This document shows positions 38,235 through 49,344 of a stretch of 64,000 nt of DNA, piece after piece. Each line of letters starts with the position of its first letter. Position 1 is the first letter of the stretch. Position numbers and translations under genes: made by a program. The notes beneath the pieces are model-generated. The model was not told the origin of the DNA. It searched no databases and saw only the letters and a list, made by a program, of their open reading frames with translations. The stretch covers positions 64,001 to 128,000 of the IMG/VR virus record IMGVR_UViG_3300028048_001169. One strand, given 5' to 3'. This DNA is from a virus. Taxonomy: Duplodnaviria > Caudoviricetes.

Positions 38235-38735
38235 ATGGGAACAAATAATAAGAAAGCAAACAACACTCTGAACCCTGTATTTTCAATCGATGAGCTTGAA
38301 GAGAGATGTGATCGTGCTAAAGACAAGATTGAGATCGCTAATCTCAAAAAAGAACTTAAGGAAAAGATCGATCAGATTACTGAGGAACTCGGTGAAATGC
38401 CTGAGCTGGAACCTCAACCTCTTGACTTCTCAGTAGATAATGAAATAGATTATGAGAAGTTTTCTGCAAAGCGTGCACGTAAGCAGGCTTCTAAAGTAAT
38501 GAGTAGAAAGATCTTGATGGAGGAAAGAGATGTTCTGGCTCTTGTAGATCAGGCTTCCTATGATGGAGAGTCAAAACTCGTTCTCAAAGATGGGGATGAG
38601 CATATCATCAATGGTAGGAACTTCATGTTTGATACTGAGTACTTCCTCATTAATGGTTTTGATGTAGTCAAGTTATTAAAGCTTGGTTATACAGTTGCAT
38701 TTAGAGGAAAGAAAATGTGCATTAAGTGGAGTTAA
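38235..38735 (+). CDS. hypothetical protein
   Basis: 166 aa; GAGGAG RBS; variant early promoter at 38144; terminator after. Confidence 0.75.
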   Translation: MGTNNKKANNTLNPVFSIDELEERCDRAKDKIEIANLKKELKEKIDQITEELGEMPELEPQPLDFSVDNEIDYEKFSAKRARKQASKVMSRKILMEERDVLALVDQASYDGESKLVLKDGDEHIINGRNFMFDTEYFLINGFDVVKLLKLGYTVAFRGKKMCIKWS

Positions 38736-38818
38736 TCCGCTGGCATGCATTAACTAAAAAAAGATTAGTAGGTCTTCACAACCTACTTTTCTTTTTTTGT
38801 AAGTAATATGAATTTGAG

Positions 38819-38829
38819 TCATATATTAT
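38819..38829 (+). promoter_or_regulatory. early-type promoter TCATATATTAT
   Basis: Exact motif upstream of 38880. Confidence 0.75.
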
Positions 38830-38879
38830 ATAACTGTAATTATTATAACTATATTAGTGTAAATCAAGGAGGACGTAAA

Positions 38880-40211
38880 ATGGAAAGCTACATGAAATTG
38901 CAGTATGATGAGAATAATAATCTTATCGTAGAAGATGAAGGAGGTATAAAGACATATCGTGAATACGATAAGCAGAATCATTTAATCAGTAAGAAACGTT
39001 GTCAGATGTTTGGTACTACAGAATTGCCGGTTAGTGTTGATATGTTTGTATATGATGGCGATTCAGATAAAGATTTGAGATTGATTAAGATCGTAGATTC
39101 TGCAGCTCATACTGTAACTCAAATCTATTATGCAGATCTCTATCCAGAAGGATTAGAACGTATTTTGAAAACGGTAACTAGAGATCGTAAGTTTGATGTA
39201 GACCCGGATACATCAGAACCTACTCAGACGATTAAAGATTATCATTTTGTTGTGGAGCCGGATACAACAGAAGTTCATATAACCAGAAATCTTGATGATA
39301 AGATTATATCTATCAAGACAGTTTCTTGTTATGAAAAATATAGAGCTAATCTGTATTGCAACGTTCCACCGTATGATAAGTATATATTCCCATACAACGA
39401 GAAACGTGTTGTATGGGAATATGGTAATCTAGAAAGTGGATATGCTACAACAGTTAATATAGTATATCTGTACAATAATAAATTGATTCGTAGCTCTGTT
39501 TCATCTATCACTAACGGTAATCAAGATAATATCCGGTATGTATACGATCAAGATATCTGGTATGTATATGATAAAGATGATTATTTATTATCATCACAAA
39601 TCTGTATTACAAGATCACCAGAAGCATCAGTAGATGAAGATGATACGATTGATATTTATTACTATTACTACGATGAATTCTATGGTGGTGAGCAAGCTTA
39701 TAGTATTGATCATTATCATAAAGCAAATAATAAGAGTCATAAGTACATCAGTTTCGCAGCTACACCAAGTGATGACAAATACGATATTACATTCTATCTA
39801 GATTCAGATATTGTTGATAAAACAAAGAGTTATCAGGTTGAATTGTTGAAAGATAAAGATGGTAATGTTGTATGGGATAAATTCACGTATAAGAATAGTC
39901 ACGATAGTAGAATATATCGCGACTATGATGAGAATCAAAATATTATTCGTGAAAAAGTAATTGCAAAATCAATGCCTGGTCAGCAAATTCTTGTTACAAA
40001 TGGTAATAAGAATATGAGTTACTATAAGTATAATGAAGCTAATAAACCTATCTTAGCTGTTCATCACATTGGTACTGCATATTACGTTGAGGAATATATT
40101 TATGATGAAAACAATAATTTAATAGAAGAGCTTAGAGCATCTGATGTCGAAGAAGCTAAAGAGATATACGAAAAGCTTAAAGAGGAGGTAGATGCTCGTA
40201 TTGACAAATAG
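38880..40211 (+). CDS. YD-like repeat protein
   Basis: Repeated YDxNxNLI/YDK motifs; start MESY after AAGGAGG. Confidence 0.65.
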   Translation: MESYMKLQYDENNNLIVEDEGGIKTYREYDKQNHLISKKRCQMFGTTELPVSVDMFVYDGDSDKDLRLIKIVDSAAHTVTQIYYADLYPEGLERILKTVTRDRKFDVDPDTSEPTQTIKDYHFVVEPDTTEVHITRNLDDKIISIKTVSCYEKYRANLYCNVPPYDKYIFPYNEKRVVWEYGNLESGYATTVNIVYLYNNKLIRSSVSSITNGNQDNIRYVYDQDIWYVYDKDDYLLSSQICITRSPEASVDEDDTIDIYYYYYDEFYGGEQAYSIDHYHKANNKSHKYISFAATPSDDKYDITFYLDSDIVDKTKSYQVELLKDKDGNVVWDKFTYKNSHDSRIYRDYDENQNIIREKVIAKSMPGQQILVTNGNKNMSYYKYNEANKPILAVHHIGTAYYVEEYIYDENNNLIEELRASDVEEAKEIYEKLKEEVDARIDK

Positions 40212-40222
40212 GGGGTGACCTT

Positions 40223-40699
40223 GTGAATTACGAACGGGTATTTCTACCAGAAGATATGGATGCAGAACTAAGAAAGCTTTGGGAAAATACCTCATTTCTT
40301 TCAAAAGAAATAGAATCTTCTATGGATAATTTGAAAGATTTAGCGGAGAATAATAAGCCAAAAGCTGTACGTGTTTTAGATGATGCTATAGAGAATTTTA
40401 ATTTATTATTAAAATATCTGAAAGATATAATTACAATGGAAATGGAGCGATCAACAGATGATAATCGTTCTAATAGAGTAAGTTCTGCATCTAAAGCAAT
40501 TGAATTAGTTACCAATCAAGTCGGTAAATGTAAGTCATTAAAAGATACAATAGTTACAGAGTTACGTGATATTGTACATGGTAGAGTATATAATGCAAAT
40601 AGAAAACCGATTGATTACATTAGAGAAAATATAATTATGGATTTTTATCATGATTATGGTAACTATATAAGGTCGTCAGATGACGAATACTGCTATTAA
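40223..40699 (+). CDS. hypothetical protein
   Basis: 158 aa; GTG start with GGGGG RBS. Confidence 0.65.
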   Translation: MNYERVFLPEDMDAELRKLWENTSFLSKEIESSMDNLKDLAENNKPKAVRVLDDAIENFNLLLKYLKDIITMEMERSTDDNRSNRVSSASKAIELVTNQVGKCKSLKDTIVTELRDIVHGRVYNANRKPIDYIRENIIMDFYHDYGNYIRSSDDEYCY

Positions 40700-40755
40700 G
40701 AATAAAGGGGCATTTAGTCCCCTTTATTTTTTTGTAAATTTTTACTATCTCTAAC

Positions 40756-40766
40756 ACATAATCATA
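40756..40766 (+). promoter_or_regulatory. late/middle-type promoter ACAT-N5-TA
   Basis: ACATaatcaTA upstream of uvsX. Confidence 0.55.
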
Positions 40767-40808
40767 ACAAATTATATCTTAAATATGAGGAAAAGAGGTA
40801 ATAATTTT

Positions 40809-42044
40809 ATGGCTACAGGTTCTATTTTGATGGATAAGTTTAATGAACGTATGAAAAAATCTAAAGCTAAGAATAATGATGAGGAGTTTGAAGTTCTTTA
40901 TCCAACTGGATTCTTAAGCTTAGATTATTTAAATGGATCAATGATTCATGTTGACGGTAATGATATTCATGCAAAGTATCGTTCTACTGGAATTGTTGAT
41001 GGATCTTCTAATATGTTTATTGGACGTTCCGGTTGTGGTAAATCTACTCTAGTATTCCAGATTATTGGTAATATTGCTAGAAGATTTCCTAATTCTGATA
41101 TCTATATTGATGATATTGAAGGTTCTCTTCCAATGTCTCGTAAGGAATTCTTGCTAGGATTAGATGAACAGGAATTAAAGAAGAGAGTTAAATTCCGTAA
41201 TACTGGAATTACAACAGAGAGTGTATATGATCGTATCAAAACGATTCATGATATTAAAGTAGAGAATCGCACAGAGTTCGAATATGATACCGGATTATTT
41301 GATACATACGGTAACAAGATTTTCAAGCTGGTACCAACAATCTATCTTATTGATTCATTTGCAATGCTTATGCCAGATGATGTATTAGAGAAAGGTGAGA
41401 TTGATGGTGGTATGGGAGCTACAAAAGTAGCAAAGCAGAATACCCAGTTAGTAAAGAAGATTTCTCAGTTATTAAGAGAAGCTAATATTATTCTGATTTC
41501 TGTCAATCATATCAACGATGATCCTCAGACTGGATTCTTACCAAAGCCAGCACAGATTTCTGGTCTTAAAGTTGGTGAGAGACTTCCTGGTGGTAAAACT
41601 GCTCTATACATTGCAAATAACTTATTCCGCTTAGATGATAAGGGTACTCTAAAAGAGGGAGAAGGTTATGGAATTGCAGGTCAGGTTGTTGATGTAAGTA
41701 TCATTAAGTCTAGAACAAATCGTAATAAGACATCTGTACCATTAATCTTTGATAAGACAAACGGTCATTTTGATGAAGAATTATCAATGTTCCACTATCT
41801 CAAGATTAATGGATGTATTGGTGGAGCTGGACGTTCTATGTTTTTAGATGGTGCTCCAGATATCAAGTTCTCTCAGAAAGAATTCTTGGATAAACTTCAC
41901 GAATCTGTTGAACTCCAGTTAGCTTTTGCAAAAGCTTGTCGTAACGAATTAGACAAGTTACTCTTTGATGTAGAGAATAAGAAAGCCACTATCAGTTCCT
42001 TTAATCTTATGGATGCTATTAACAATTTGGAAGATGTGGGATAA
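40809..42044 (+). CDS. UvsX/RecA-like recombinase
   Basis: YPTGFLSLDYLNG, GRSGCGKST, DIEGS, LIDSF, ISVNH, PGGKT, IKSR. Confidence 0.88.
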   Translation: MATGSILMDKFNERMKKSKAKNNDEEFEVLYPTGFLSLDYLNGSMIHVDGNDIHAKYRSTGIVDGSSNMFIGRSGCGKSTLVFQIIGNIARRFPNSDIYIDDIEGSLPMSRKEFLLGLDEQELKKRVKFRNTGITTESVYDRIKTIHDIKVENRTEFEYDTGLFDTYGNKIFKLVPTIYLIDSFAMLMPDDVLEKGEIDGGMGATKVAKQNTQLVKKISQLLREANIILISVNHINDDPQTGFLPKPAQISGLKVGERLPGGKTALYIANNLFRLDDKGTLKEGEGYGIAGQVVDVSIIKSRTNRNKTSVPLIFDKTNGHFDEELSMFHYLKINGCIGGAGRSMFLDGAPDIKFSQKEFLDKLHESVELQLAFAKACRNELDKLLFDVENKKATISSFNLMDAINNLEDVG

Positions 42045-42047
42045 TTT

Positions 42048-42479
42048 ATGATTATGAATAAAATTGAGCAGGAATCATTTGAAGAGTATACAAGTATTGT
42101 AATAGATACTATGTATGAATCAGTTAATGATGATGAAGAGATTAGTTGTGAAGTGTTAGAAGATGATGAAATGAATGACGGTATAGGTAATATACCGTCA
42201 TTTGTCGGTAATGATGTTATTTTCGTAAAAGAACCTGTCAAAGTTCCATTAATGACAGTATTTAACGAGATAGAACTTACAAAAACATTTGTTAGTTTTG
42301 CTGTATCTTATCGACAGATATATGAAGCATATTTCAAAACAGGTACTGATCCAGATCAAGCTGCGTATTCAATCCTTGATGTGATGCGTAATAATGGTGA
42401 TATAAGAAATATCAATAATTTATATCTTGAGGGAATGAGTTTAGCATATTATCTTAAAAATCAAGCGTATAAAGAGTAA
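42048..42479 (+). CDS. hypothetical protein
   Basis: 143-aa acidic ORF. Confidence 0.65.
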   Translation: MIMNKIEQESFEEYTSIVIDTMYESVNDDEEISCEVLEDDEMNDGIGNIPSFVGNDVIFVKEPVKVPLMTVFNEIELTKTFVSFAVSYRQIYEAYFKTGTDPDQAAYSILDVMRNNGDIRNINNLYLEGMSLAYYLKNQAYKE

Positions 42480-42491
42480 AATTAAATATAA

Positions 42492-42502
42492 TCATATATT
42501 AT
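42492..42502 (+). promoter_or_regulatory. early-type promoter TCATATATTAT
   Basis: Exact motif heading the operon that includes RNAP beta-C. Confidence 0.75.
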
Positions 42503-42595
42503 AAATACGTAACCATAAAAGATTATATTTAATCAAGGAGGTAACTTAATGGCTTTATTATTACGCTACAGAAGCACATATGAAATTCATAAGAT

Positions 42596-43000
42596 ATGGG
42601 GGATATGAAGATGGTGACTGAGGAATATGAATTACTTGATGGTAGAACCATTAGAGTCAAGTATGATCGACTCGGAATGTGTAAGATTTCTGGAAAGAAT
42701 ATGGAAGCATTCGTTAAAGAATTCAATGCATCTTATCGACAGGCAAAAATTCTAGAAAAGATTAAAGAGAATTATGCCTTGATGAAGGCAGATGAACACA
42801 AGAAGGGATATTGGATAGTTGAAGATATAGAACCCGGAAGAATTTGGAAGTGTCATTGCTCTAATTGTGGAAAAGATCCACAAGAGTATATATCTGGCAC
42901 CGAAAATTGGTGGTTATCTAGTTTGCCAAAATATTGTCCTACTTGTGGAACGGAAATGAAGATGAAGACCGAAATAATAATGAGTTCAGAAGATGTATAA
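42596..43000 (+). CDS. Zn-ribbon protein
   Basis: GYWI..CSNCG...YCPTCGTEM. Confidence 0.75.
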   Translation: MGDMKMVTEEYELLDGRTIRVKYDRLGMCKISGKNMEAFVKEFNASYRQAKILEKIKENYALMKADEHKKGYWIVEDIEPGRIWKCHCSNCGKDPQEYISGTENWWLSSLPKYCPTCGTEMKMKTEIIMSSEDV

Positions 43001-43032
43001 TAGTTAATGTATTATAAGAAAGGAAGGCTAAT

Positions 43033-43188
43033 ATGAAAGAAGGTACAATCACAGTAGAAATCTTTGAAGAGGATGGTGTTAATTATGCATTTATAGCAGA
43101 AGATAATTCTTCTGGAGCTAAGTATGCAGTAGACTCAAATGAAGATATTGCAGAGTCGTTAAAGAATTATTTGGATAATCAGAGGTAA
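43033..43188 (+). CDS. 51-aa protein (not in the ORF track)
   Basis: AAGGAAGG RBS; MKEGTITVEIFEEDGVNYAFIAEDNSSGAKY; stop overlaps the next ATG. Confidence 0.65.
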   Translation: MKEGTITVEIFEEDGVNYAFIAEDNSSGAKYAVDSNEDIAESLKNYLDNQR

Positions 43189-43403
43189 TGAATATGATGA
43201 ATCATAAAGAAGAATTATTACAGGTTCTTGAGATCTTAAATCGATCAGCAGAATGTCATCAGGATTTAGATGAGATTCGTTTCACTGTTATTGGATCAAA
43301 GAAGCAGGAAGAAACTGAAATCTCTAAATTCAAATTCGGTGCTAAGACTGTACTTGAAGATTTTAAATATCTTGAAGATCTTGTAAGGAATGACATCAAA
43401 TAA
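43188..43403 (+). CDS. hypothetical protein
   Basis: 71 aa; coupled. Confidence 0.65.
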   Translation: MNMMNHKEELLQVLEILNRSAECHQDLDEIRFTVIGSKKQEETEISKFKFGAKTVLEDFKYLEDLVRNDIK

Positions 43404-43423
43404 ATCAAAGGAGATTTATTACA

Positions 43424-45838
43424 ATGGCAGGTTACGATTTTATCGACAAAGTTGAAGACGCTAATAAACGTATTGGTGGGAAAATGGAGCATATGCTGGG
43501 TTCCGGTCTTATGCAGCCATTGAATAACTGTGAAGCTGGTGCCAGAAAGATTATGGCTTATTCTCATAAAACAGCTGTACTTCCATTATTACAAGGAGAG
43601 AAAGCTGTATGGGAAACTGGATATGAACAGGCATTCTCTATTCATAGTAGTTCTATTCGTACACCAGAACAGGGCTTTACGAATAATGATATTGATCCGA
43701 ATAGATTTCAGATGATATCTAATTTTACGAAGAATTATCATGAGCTGGTTATGCCAGAAGATCCAAATGTAGTTCCAGTATCTGATAATTATAGAGTAGC
43801 AGGAAAGGTATCAAAGTTCAGTTTTAGTCCTAATCATCATTACTATCTATTATTAGCAGATGAGCAGAATAAGATTTTAGATGTGGTGGAGAGAATCTCT
43901 TATCACGCTATTACTGAGTCTTATGGATATCTGTATAATAATACAACCATGGATAATCTTCAAGTTGGAGAGATGATTCCTAGAGGAACAATTCTTAGAA
44001 AATCATTAGCATTTGATGAGCATATGAATCGTACAGATGGAGTTAACTTCAATGTAGCGTACATGAGTTTGGATAAGAATATGGAAGATTCTATTATTTT
44101 CTCCGATGTTGCTGCGAAAAAGTTGACATCTCCACTGATTAAACCAGTAGAGATTATGATCAATGAGAATGATATTCCGTTGAATCTTTATGGTAATGAT
44201 AAGATATATAAAGCAATTCCTGATATTGGAGAAGATATTAAGGATAGTGTCTTAATCGGATTACGTAAAGAAAAGAGAGAAGAAAGCGTTTATACACAAT
44301 CAGCAGAACGTTTACGCCATACGATGATGTCTGATGTAAAATATACCTTGACGGGTAAAGTTATTGACATTGATATCATGTGTAATAACGTTGACTTCTT
44401 AAATACTAATTATTACAATTCTCAGTTCAAGATGTATTATGATGAATTGCAGAGAATGAGTTCTGAGTTAGTATCTCTCGTAACAAACTATGAAGTTAAT
44501 GGTTATAAGTTAACTTATGCTCTTCAAAAAGTATTTGCAAATGCTAAGAGAGTACTAAACAAAGATCAGTACATTGGTAAGAAGTTATTCTCAAATATTG
44601 TTCTTCAAGTTGTTGTATTAGAGGAGAGAGATATTCAGGTGGGAGATAAAACATCAAACCGTTATGGTGGTAAAGGTGTAATCTCTTCAATATTACCACA
44701 AGCATTGATGCCAAGATTTAATGGTAATGAGCATGTTGATGTTATTTTGAATTCAAATGGTGTATATGGACGAGAAAATCCAGGACAGTTATTTGAGTTA
44801 TCCGTAACACATATTGGTTGTGAGATTCTGAATCGAATCAAACGTGGTGAATATGCTAGTATGGATGAAGCATTCAAAGATATTATTACTTATATCAGTT
44901 TCATCAGTAAGGAACAAGCAAATAGTCTATCCACAATGCTATCGCATTTTAGCAATGAGGAGAAATCATTCTATTTGAATTCTATTCTTATGGATGGAGC
45001 AATTCATCTATCAGCAGAACCAATATCAGAAGCAATTGACATTGATACATTAGCTGAAATGTATAAAACATTCCCTTGGGTACATCAGGTTAATATTGAA
45101 GTTCCTATGAGAGATTCAAACGGAGATATTCGTTATGTACCTGCACGTAGACCAATTGTAGTAGGTAAACAGTTTACCTTCCGATTGAAACAGTATGCTG
45201 AAGAAAAATTCTCAGCTACATCTCTATCTGCTACAAATATTCGTAACGAAAATACAAAGTCAAAAGCAGCAAGAGATTATAGAGAATTATATTCCAATAC
45301 ACCAATTCGTTTTGGTAATATGGAAACCAATGATATGAACCATCTTGGTGCAGGTTATGTTATTACAAACCTTATGATTCATTCTATATCACCACATGCT
45401 CGTTTATTAACAGAGCAGATGTTTACAGAAGATCCATATCATATTGATATTCGATTAGACGATGAATCGACCAACCGCTCTGCAGAAATTGCGAATACAT
45501 ATCTTAAGACCATTGGTCGTAGACTTATCTTTACAAAACGTAAGAAAGTTCGTTATAAGATTCTTCAGAATCCAATGTATAGTGTAAAACCTCTTCATAC
45601 GGTTCCACTATATAAAGTTTCTGATCCTAACTTTGATTTTGATAAAGATTGGGAAGAGAGACAAGAGTTGGAAAAGAAGAAAGCAAAAGATAAGAATATT
45701 AAGCCTGTATTCTCTAAGTATGCAGCTATTGATACTGAAAGACGTATTCAACAGTTCAATGATGAAGTTGATCAAAGATATCGCGATCATCTGAAAGCAA
45801 TGAAGAAAGAAGAACGTAAGAAGTATTACAATAAATAA
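43424..45838 (+). CDS. phage RNA polymerase beta subunit, C-terminal half (probably non-virion RNAP)
   Basis: ARKIM, NMEDSI, GDKTSNRYGGKGVIS, DVILNSNGVYGRENPGQLFE, FRLKQ, IRFGNME. Confidence 0.92.
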   Translation: MAGYDFIDKVEDANKRIGGKMEHMLGSGLMQPLNNCEAGARKIMAYSHKTAVLPLLQGEKAVWETGYEQAFSIHSSSIRTPEQGFTNNDIDPNRFQMISNFTKNYHELVMPEDPNVVPVSDNYRVAGKVSKFSFSPNHHYYLLLADEQNKILDVVERISYHAITESYGYLYNNTTMDNLQVGEMIPRGTILRKSLAFDEHMNRTDGVNFNVAYMSLDKNMEDSIIFSDVAAKKLTSPLIKPVEIMINENDIPLNLYGNDKIYKAIPDIGEDIKDSVLIGLRKEKREESVYTQSAERLRHTMMSDVKYTLTGKVIDIDIMCNNVDFLNTNYYNSQFKMYYDELQRMSSELVSLVTNYEVNGYKLTYALQKVFANAKRVLNKDQYIGKKLFSNIVLQVVVLEERDIQVGDKTSNRYGGKGVISSILPQALMPRFNGNEHVDVILNSNGVYGRENPGQLFELSVTHIGCEILNRIKRGEYASMDEAFKDIITYISFISKEQANSLSTMLSHFSNEEKSFYLNSILMDGAIHLSAEPISEAIDIDTLAEMYKTFPWVHQVNIEVPMRDSNGDIRYVPARRPIVVGKQFTFRLKQYAEEKFSATSLSATNIRNENTKSKAARDYRELYSNTPIRFGNMETNDMNHLGAGYVITNLMIHSISPHARLLTEQMFTEDPYHIDIRLDDESTNRSAEIANTYLKTIGRRLIFTKRKKVRYKILQNPMYSVKPLHTVPLYKVSDPNFDFDKDWEERQELEKKKAKDKNIKPVFSKYAAIDTERRIQQFNDEVDQRYRDHLKAMKKEERKKYYNK

Positions 45839-45884
45839 TTATATGAGGAGATGTCTTTGGATGTCTCCTTAAAATTATTTATAG

Positions 45885-45895
45885 TCATATATTAT
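45885..45895 (+). promoter_or_regulatory. early-type promoter TCATATATTAT
   Basis: Exact motif upstream of 46011 and ligase. Confidence 0.75.
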
Positions 45896-46010
45896 AAATA
45901 GGTATAGACAATACCATTAAGTATTGATTTATATAAAAATAATATAGATAAGGAGGTTATAATAACACGTAGTCCATTAATCAACCAAAGTAGTAGAGGA
46001 GTTTTTTAGA

Positions 46011-46289
46011 ATGTCGGCAACAAATTATAATGCTAAGGGTATTGAAGTTAAAGAAGCATTTGTACAGATGAATAACCACGTTAGTACATCTGCTCCTACA
46101 CAGTTCTTTGAAGTAACAAACGAGAATCGTAGAGCTGAAATTACCTTTGCACCTAGTAAAGATTTTTGGTTTGATATTTCTAAGGATGAAGATTGTAATA
46201 TCGACATCTATCTTCATGTAAACCCTAAGCATCTCATAGCTGCAGTACCACAAGTTCTCAGTGCAGCTAAGAGAGTTGTAACTATGTAA
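46011..46289 (+). CDS. hypothetical protein
   Basis: 92 aa; GAGGAG RBS. Confidence 0.7.
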   Translation: MSATNYNAKGIEVKEAFVQMNNHVSTSAPTQFFEVTNENRRAEITFAPSKDFWFDISKDEDCNIDIYLHVNPKHLIAAVPQVLSAAKRVVTM

Positions 46290-46319
46290 GAGAGGAGTTG
46301 TAAAGAAAGATCAAGCTAT

Positions 46320-48686
46320 ATGAGTGATAGTAAAGCATTTGATCAACATTCACGTGATGTTGATGATTTGAATTATTTTCAGATGATCTTTAACGAATTA
46401 CTTAAGTCTAATATATCTGTAATTACATTAGAAGCTGCCCAGCGTCTTTCTGACAGAGCAGTATATTATGAGTCATTACAAACACATGATGAAACTCAAG
46501 TGGCTGCTATGAAAACATTATTGATGATTTGTAATGTGTTATATGGTAGAACTGATATGTTAGTATTACCAGTGGATGATGGAGTATATGATCTATTGTT
46601 AGAATCATATAAAAAGTATGATCCTCATTTCCAAGTAGGATCAGCAGTTGTTCAATTTCGTTCTCAAGCAGAACAACTGAATCCAAAGATTAAAGAGATA
46701 ACTTGTCCTTTAGTAAAGCTTCCTGAAGTAGAACGTGATGAGATGAGACAGGCTGTATTTCATCGATTATCTAGTTTTGATCAGCATAAGTTTACAAGTT
46801 TGGACTTTCATGAGGTTCCGCCTACAGAGCCTGTGTATATCTCTAAGCGTGAGCATAATACAAAGCATCATCATCCAGAACTAGTAGGAACATTAGACAA
46901 GTGTAAATTTGTTACAGATCAAGAAGCCATTGGATTTGGTTCTTATAATGATTCTAATGTAAAGATATTGGAACGAGATTTTTTCCAAAAACATATAGCT
47001 GCTGGAATTATAACACCAGATCAAGATCTAGAAATGATTCTAGAGCTTAAATATGATGGTGTTAGTGTAGAAGCAGATTGTGGATTTGAAGTAGAATCAG
47101 CAAGGTCTAGGGGTGACACTGGTATCGGTGAAGCTTCTGATATGACACCAATATTAAAAGGATATAGATTTCCTTATAATACAGTAATCAAAGATCCAAT
47201 CGGTATTAAGTTTGAAGCAATCATGACAAAGAGTGCTCTTGAAGAATTCAATAGACGTAGACAAACTACATATGCAAATTGTAGAACTGCTATTGTTGGA
47301 TTATTTGGAGCTAGTGATGCTTACTTATACAGAGATCTCATTACATTGGTTCCATTGGCTGTTGATAGGAATCAAGTACCAGAGATTAAGAATCGTATGG
47401 AAGAAATAGAATTCTGTAATAAATTATTCCGTACGCACGGTGAACCATTAAGATCTATGTATATTCATGGCACCGTAAATCAATTATTATACCAGATTAA
47501 GAAGTTTGCAGATGAAGCGTATGCCTTCAGAGATTATGCAGATTTTATGTTTGATGGCATTGTTGTATCCTATTTAGATGAAGGAATCCGTCATAGATTG
47601 GGTAGAGAGAATTATATCAATAAATTCTCTATGGCTGTAAAATTCAATCCATTGGCAAAGATGACCAGATTCGTAGGATATAGCTATGAAGTAGGACAAG
47701 ATGGTAGAGTTTGTCCTATGATTCATTATCTACCAGTCGAATTCTTTGGAACCAATCACAATAAATCAACAGGTAGTAGTTTATCTAGATTTAAAGCATT
47801 GAATCTTAAAGTTGGTGATATTATCAAAGTCACTTATGTGAATGATGTAATGCCATATGTCAATGCAGTTGATTGTAAAGAGAATCGAGACAATCCAAAT
47901 CCAGTAGAACAATTCCCAACACATTGTCCTGTATGTGGTTCAGAATTGGTAGTATCTCCTACTGGAAAAACAGCATATTGTCCTAATTTAAACTGTGATG
48001 CGAAAGTATTAAGCAGAATGGTTAATATGCTACAAAAGATGAATATCAAAGGATTTGCAGAATCCACGATCAATAGTTTAGAAGTAAAGACTTTCTATGA
48101 CTTAATGCAATTGACATATGATAACGTTGCTCCTATCATTGGTCCAGGCAATGCATCCAATCTTATGGAAGGATTGAATCAAATTCGTAACGGAGGATTA
48201 TTTGATTATATCTTATTAGGATCTTTAGGATTCACAGGTGTTGCATCTAATACTTGGAAACTGATCTTTAGTAATATAAGATTAAATGACTTCGTTGCAA
48301 TGATTCATAATTATCCAAAAGAATTACGTACAAAGTTAATCGGTATTCATGGAATTGGCTCTAAGGCTGTGGAAACAATTATGAATGAATACCCATATTA
48401 TGCTAGAGATATTGATTATATCATAGCATATTGTAAATATCGCGATACTCTCGACGGCAGATCATTACAGATTAGATTCAGTGGTTGTAGGAATTTACAA
48501 TTATCAGAACAATTGATTAATCTTGGATATGATGCTCAGAGTAACGCAGGTGTAAGTAAGAAAACCGATATACTCATAGTTCCGTATAAAGGTTACAATA
48601 GCAAAAAAGTATCCAAGGTTTCGGATCACTGTAAAATAGTTGCAATTGATGACTTTATGTCTGACATGCAAAAATATTTGCAGTAA
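46320..48686 (+). CDS. ligA: NAD-dependent DNA ligase
   Basis: DGVYD, ELKYDGVS, SRGD..GE, ANCRTAIVG, FDGIVV, MAVKF, CPVCGS..CPNLNC, HhH and BRCT. Confidence 0.93.
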   Translation: MSDSKAFDQHSRDVDDLNYFQMIFNELLKSNISVITLEAAQRLSDRAVYYESLQTHDETQVAAMKTLLMICNVLYGRTDMLVLPVDDGVYDLLLESYKKYDPHFQVGSAVVQFRSQAEQLNPKIKEITCPLVKLPEVERDEMRQAVFHRLSSFDQHKFTSLDFHEVPPTEPVYISKREHNTKHHHPELVGTLDKCKFVTDQEAIGFGSYNDSNVKILERDFFQKHIAAGIITPDQDLEMILELKYDGVSVEADCGFEVESARSRGDTGIGEASDMTPILKGYRFPYNTVIKDPIGIKFEAIMTKSALEEFNRRRQTTYANCRTAIVGLFGASDAYLYRDLITLVPLAVDRNQVPEIKNRMEEIEFCNKLFRTHGEPLRSMYIHGTVNQLLYQIKKFADEAYAFRDYADFMFDGIVVSYLDEGIRHRLGRENYINKFSMAVKFNPLAKMTRFVGYSYEVGQDGRVCPMIHYLPVEFFGTNHNKSTGSSLSRFKALNLKVGDIIKVTYVNDVMPYVNAVDCKENRDNPNPVEQFPTHCPVCGSELVVSPTGKTAYCPNLNCDAKVLSRMVNMLQKMNIKGFAESTINSLEVKTFYDLMQLTYDNVAPIIGPGNASNLMEGLNQIRNGGLFDYILLGSLGFTGVASNTWKLIFSNIRLNDFVAMIHNYPKELRTKLIGIHGIGSKAVETIMNEYPYYARDIDYIIAYCKYRDTLDGRSLQIRFSGCRNLQLSEQLINLGYDAQSNAGVSKKTDILIVPYKGYNSKKVSKVSDHCKIVAIDDFMSDMQKYLQ

Positions 48687-48741
48687 TATATTATAAATAT
48701 AGATCCTAGAAACTTTATTAACTATCAAGGAGGAAATAACA

Positions 48742-49344
48742 ATGTTAAAGTTAATGGAAACCCAGATCCCAACCAGTTTCAGCAAGGCACTCTACAATGA
48801 CAAGGGATATGATCTTCACAGAGATCAGACTAATGTTGTTGCTGACATCTTATTTACAGGTGTAGCAGAATGTCTGGGTGATATTAAGACAAGAGAGACT
48901 CCAGTTGCATTTGTATTCCAGGAGAATAATCTTGACTTTATTGCTGGTGCACTGATCCAGTATATGCCTAATGAGGACGATCCTACACTTCCTGGTTCTT
49001 GGAGCTATACTTGGACTTGGAATAAGGATGATATTCCAGAGGATGCTGTTATTCGTACAACAAATGACGTAGGTCTCAGCAGCTATTTCCGTGGTGTATC
49101 TCAGTCTAAGTATGGTATGGCTTTTGAGAATTCTGCTGCTGTAACCGAAGTACTGAGATCATTCATGCTTACTGTACGTCAGTGGTTAGATGAGAATGCA
49201 TCTGAGACTGAAGAAGTTGGTGTTGAGGCTGAAGGTGTATTCCAGGCTTCTGTTGTTGTTGAGAATGGCGAGAAGATCTTTGCCCTGATTCCAGAGGGAG
49301 AGATCAAGAAGCTGATCAAGGATGATGCTGCTATTGAGAAGTAA
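48742..49344 (+). CDS. hypothetical protein, highly expressed codon usage
   Basis: AAGGAGG RBS; variant early promoter TAATATATTAT at 48684-48694. Confidence 0.8.
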   Translation: MLKLMETQIPTSFSKALYNDKGYDLHRDQTNVVADILFTGVAECLGDIKTRETPVAFVFQENNLDFIAGALIQYMPNEDDPTLPGSWSYTWTWNKDDIPEDAVIRTTNDVGLSSYFRGVSQSKYGMAFENSAAVTEVLRSFMLTVRQWLDENASETEEVGVEAEGVFQASVVVENGEKIFALIPEGEIKKLIKDDAAIEK

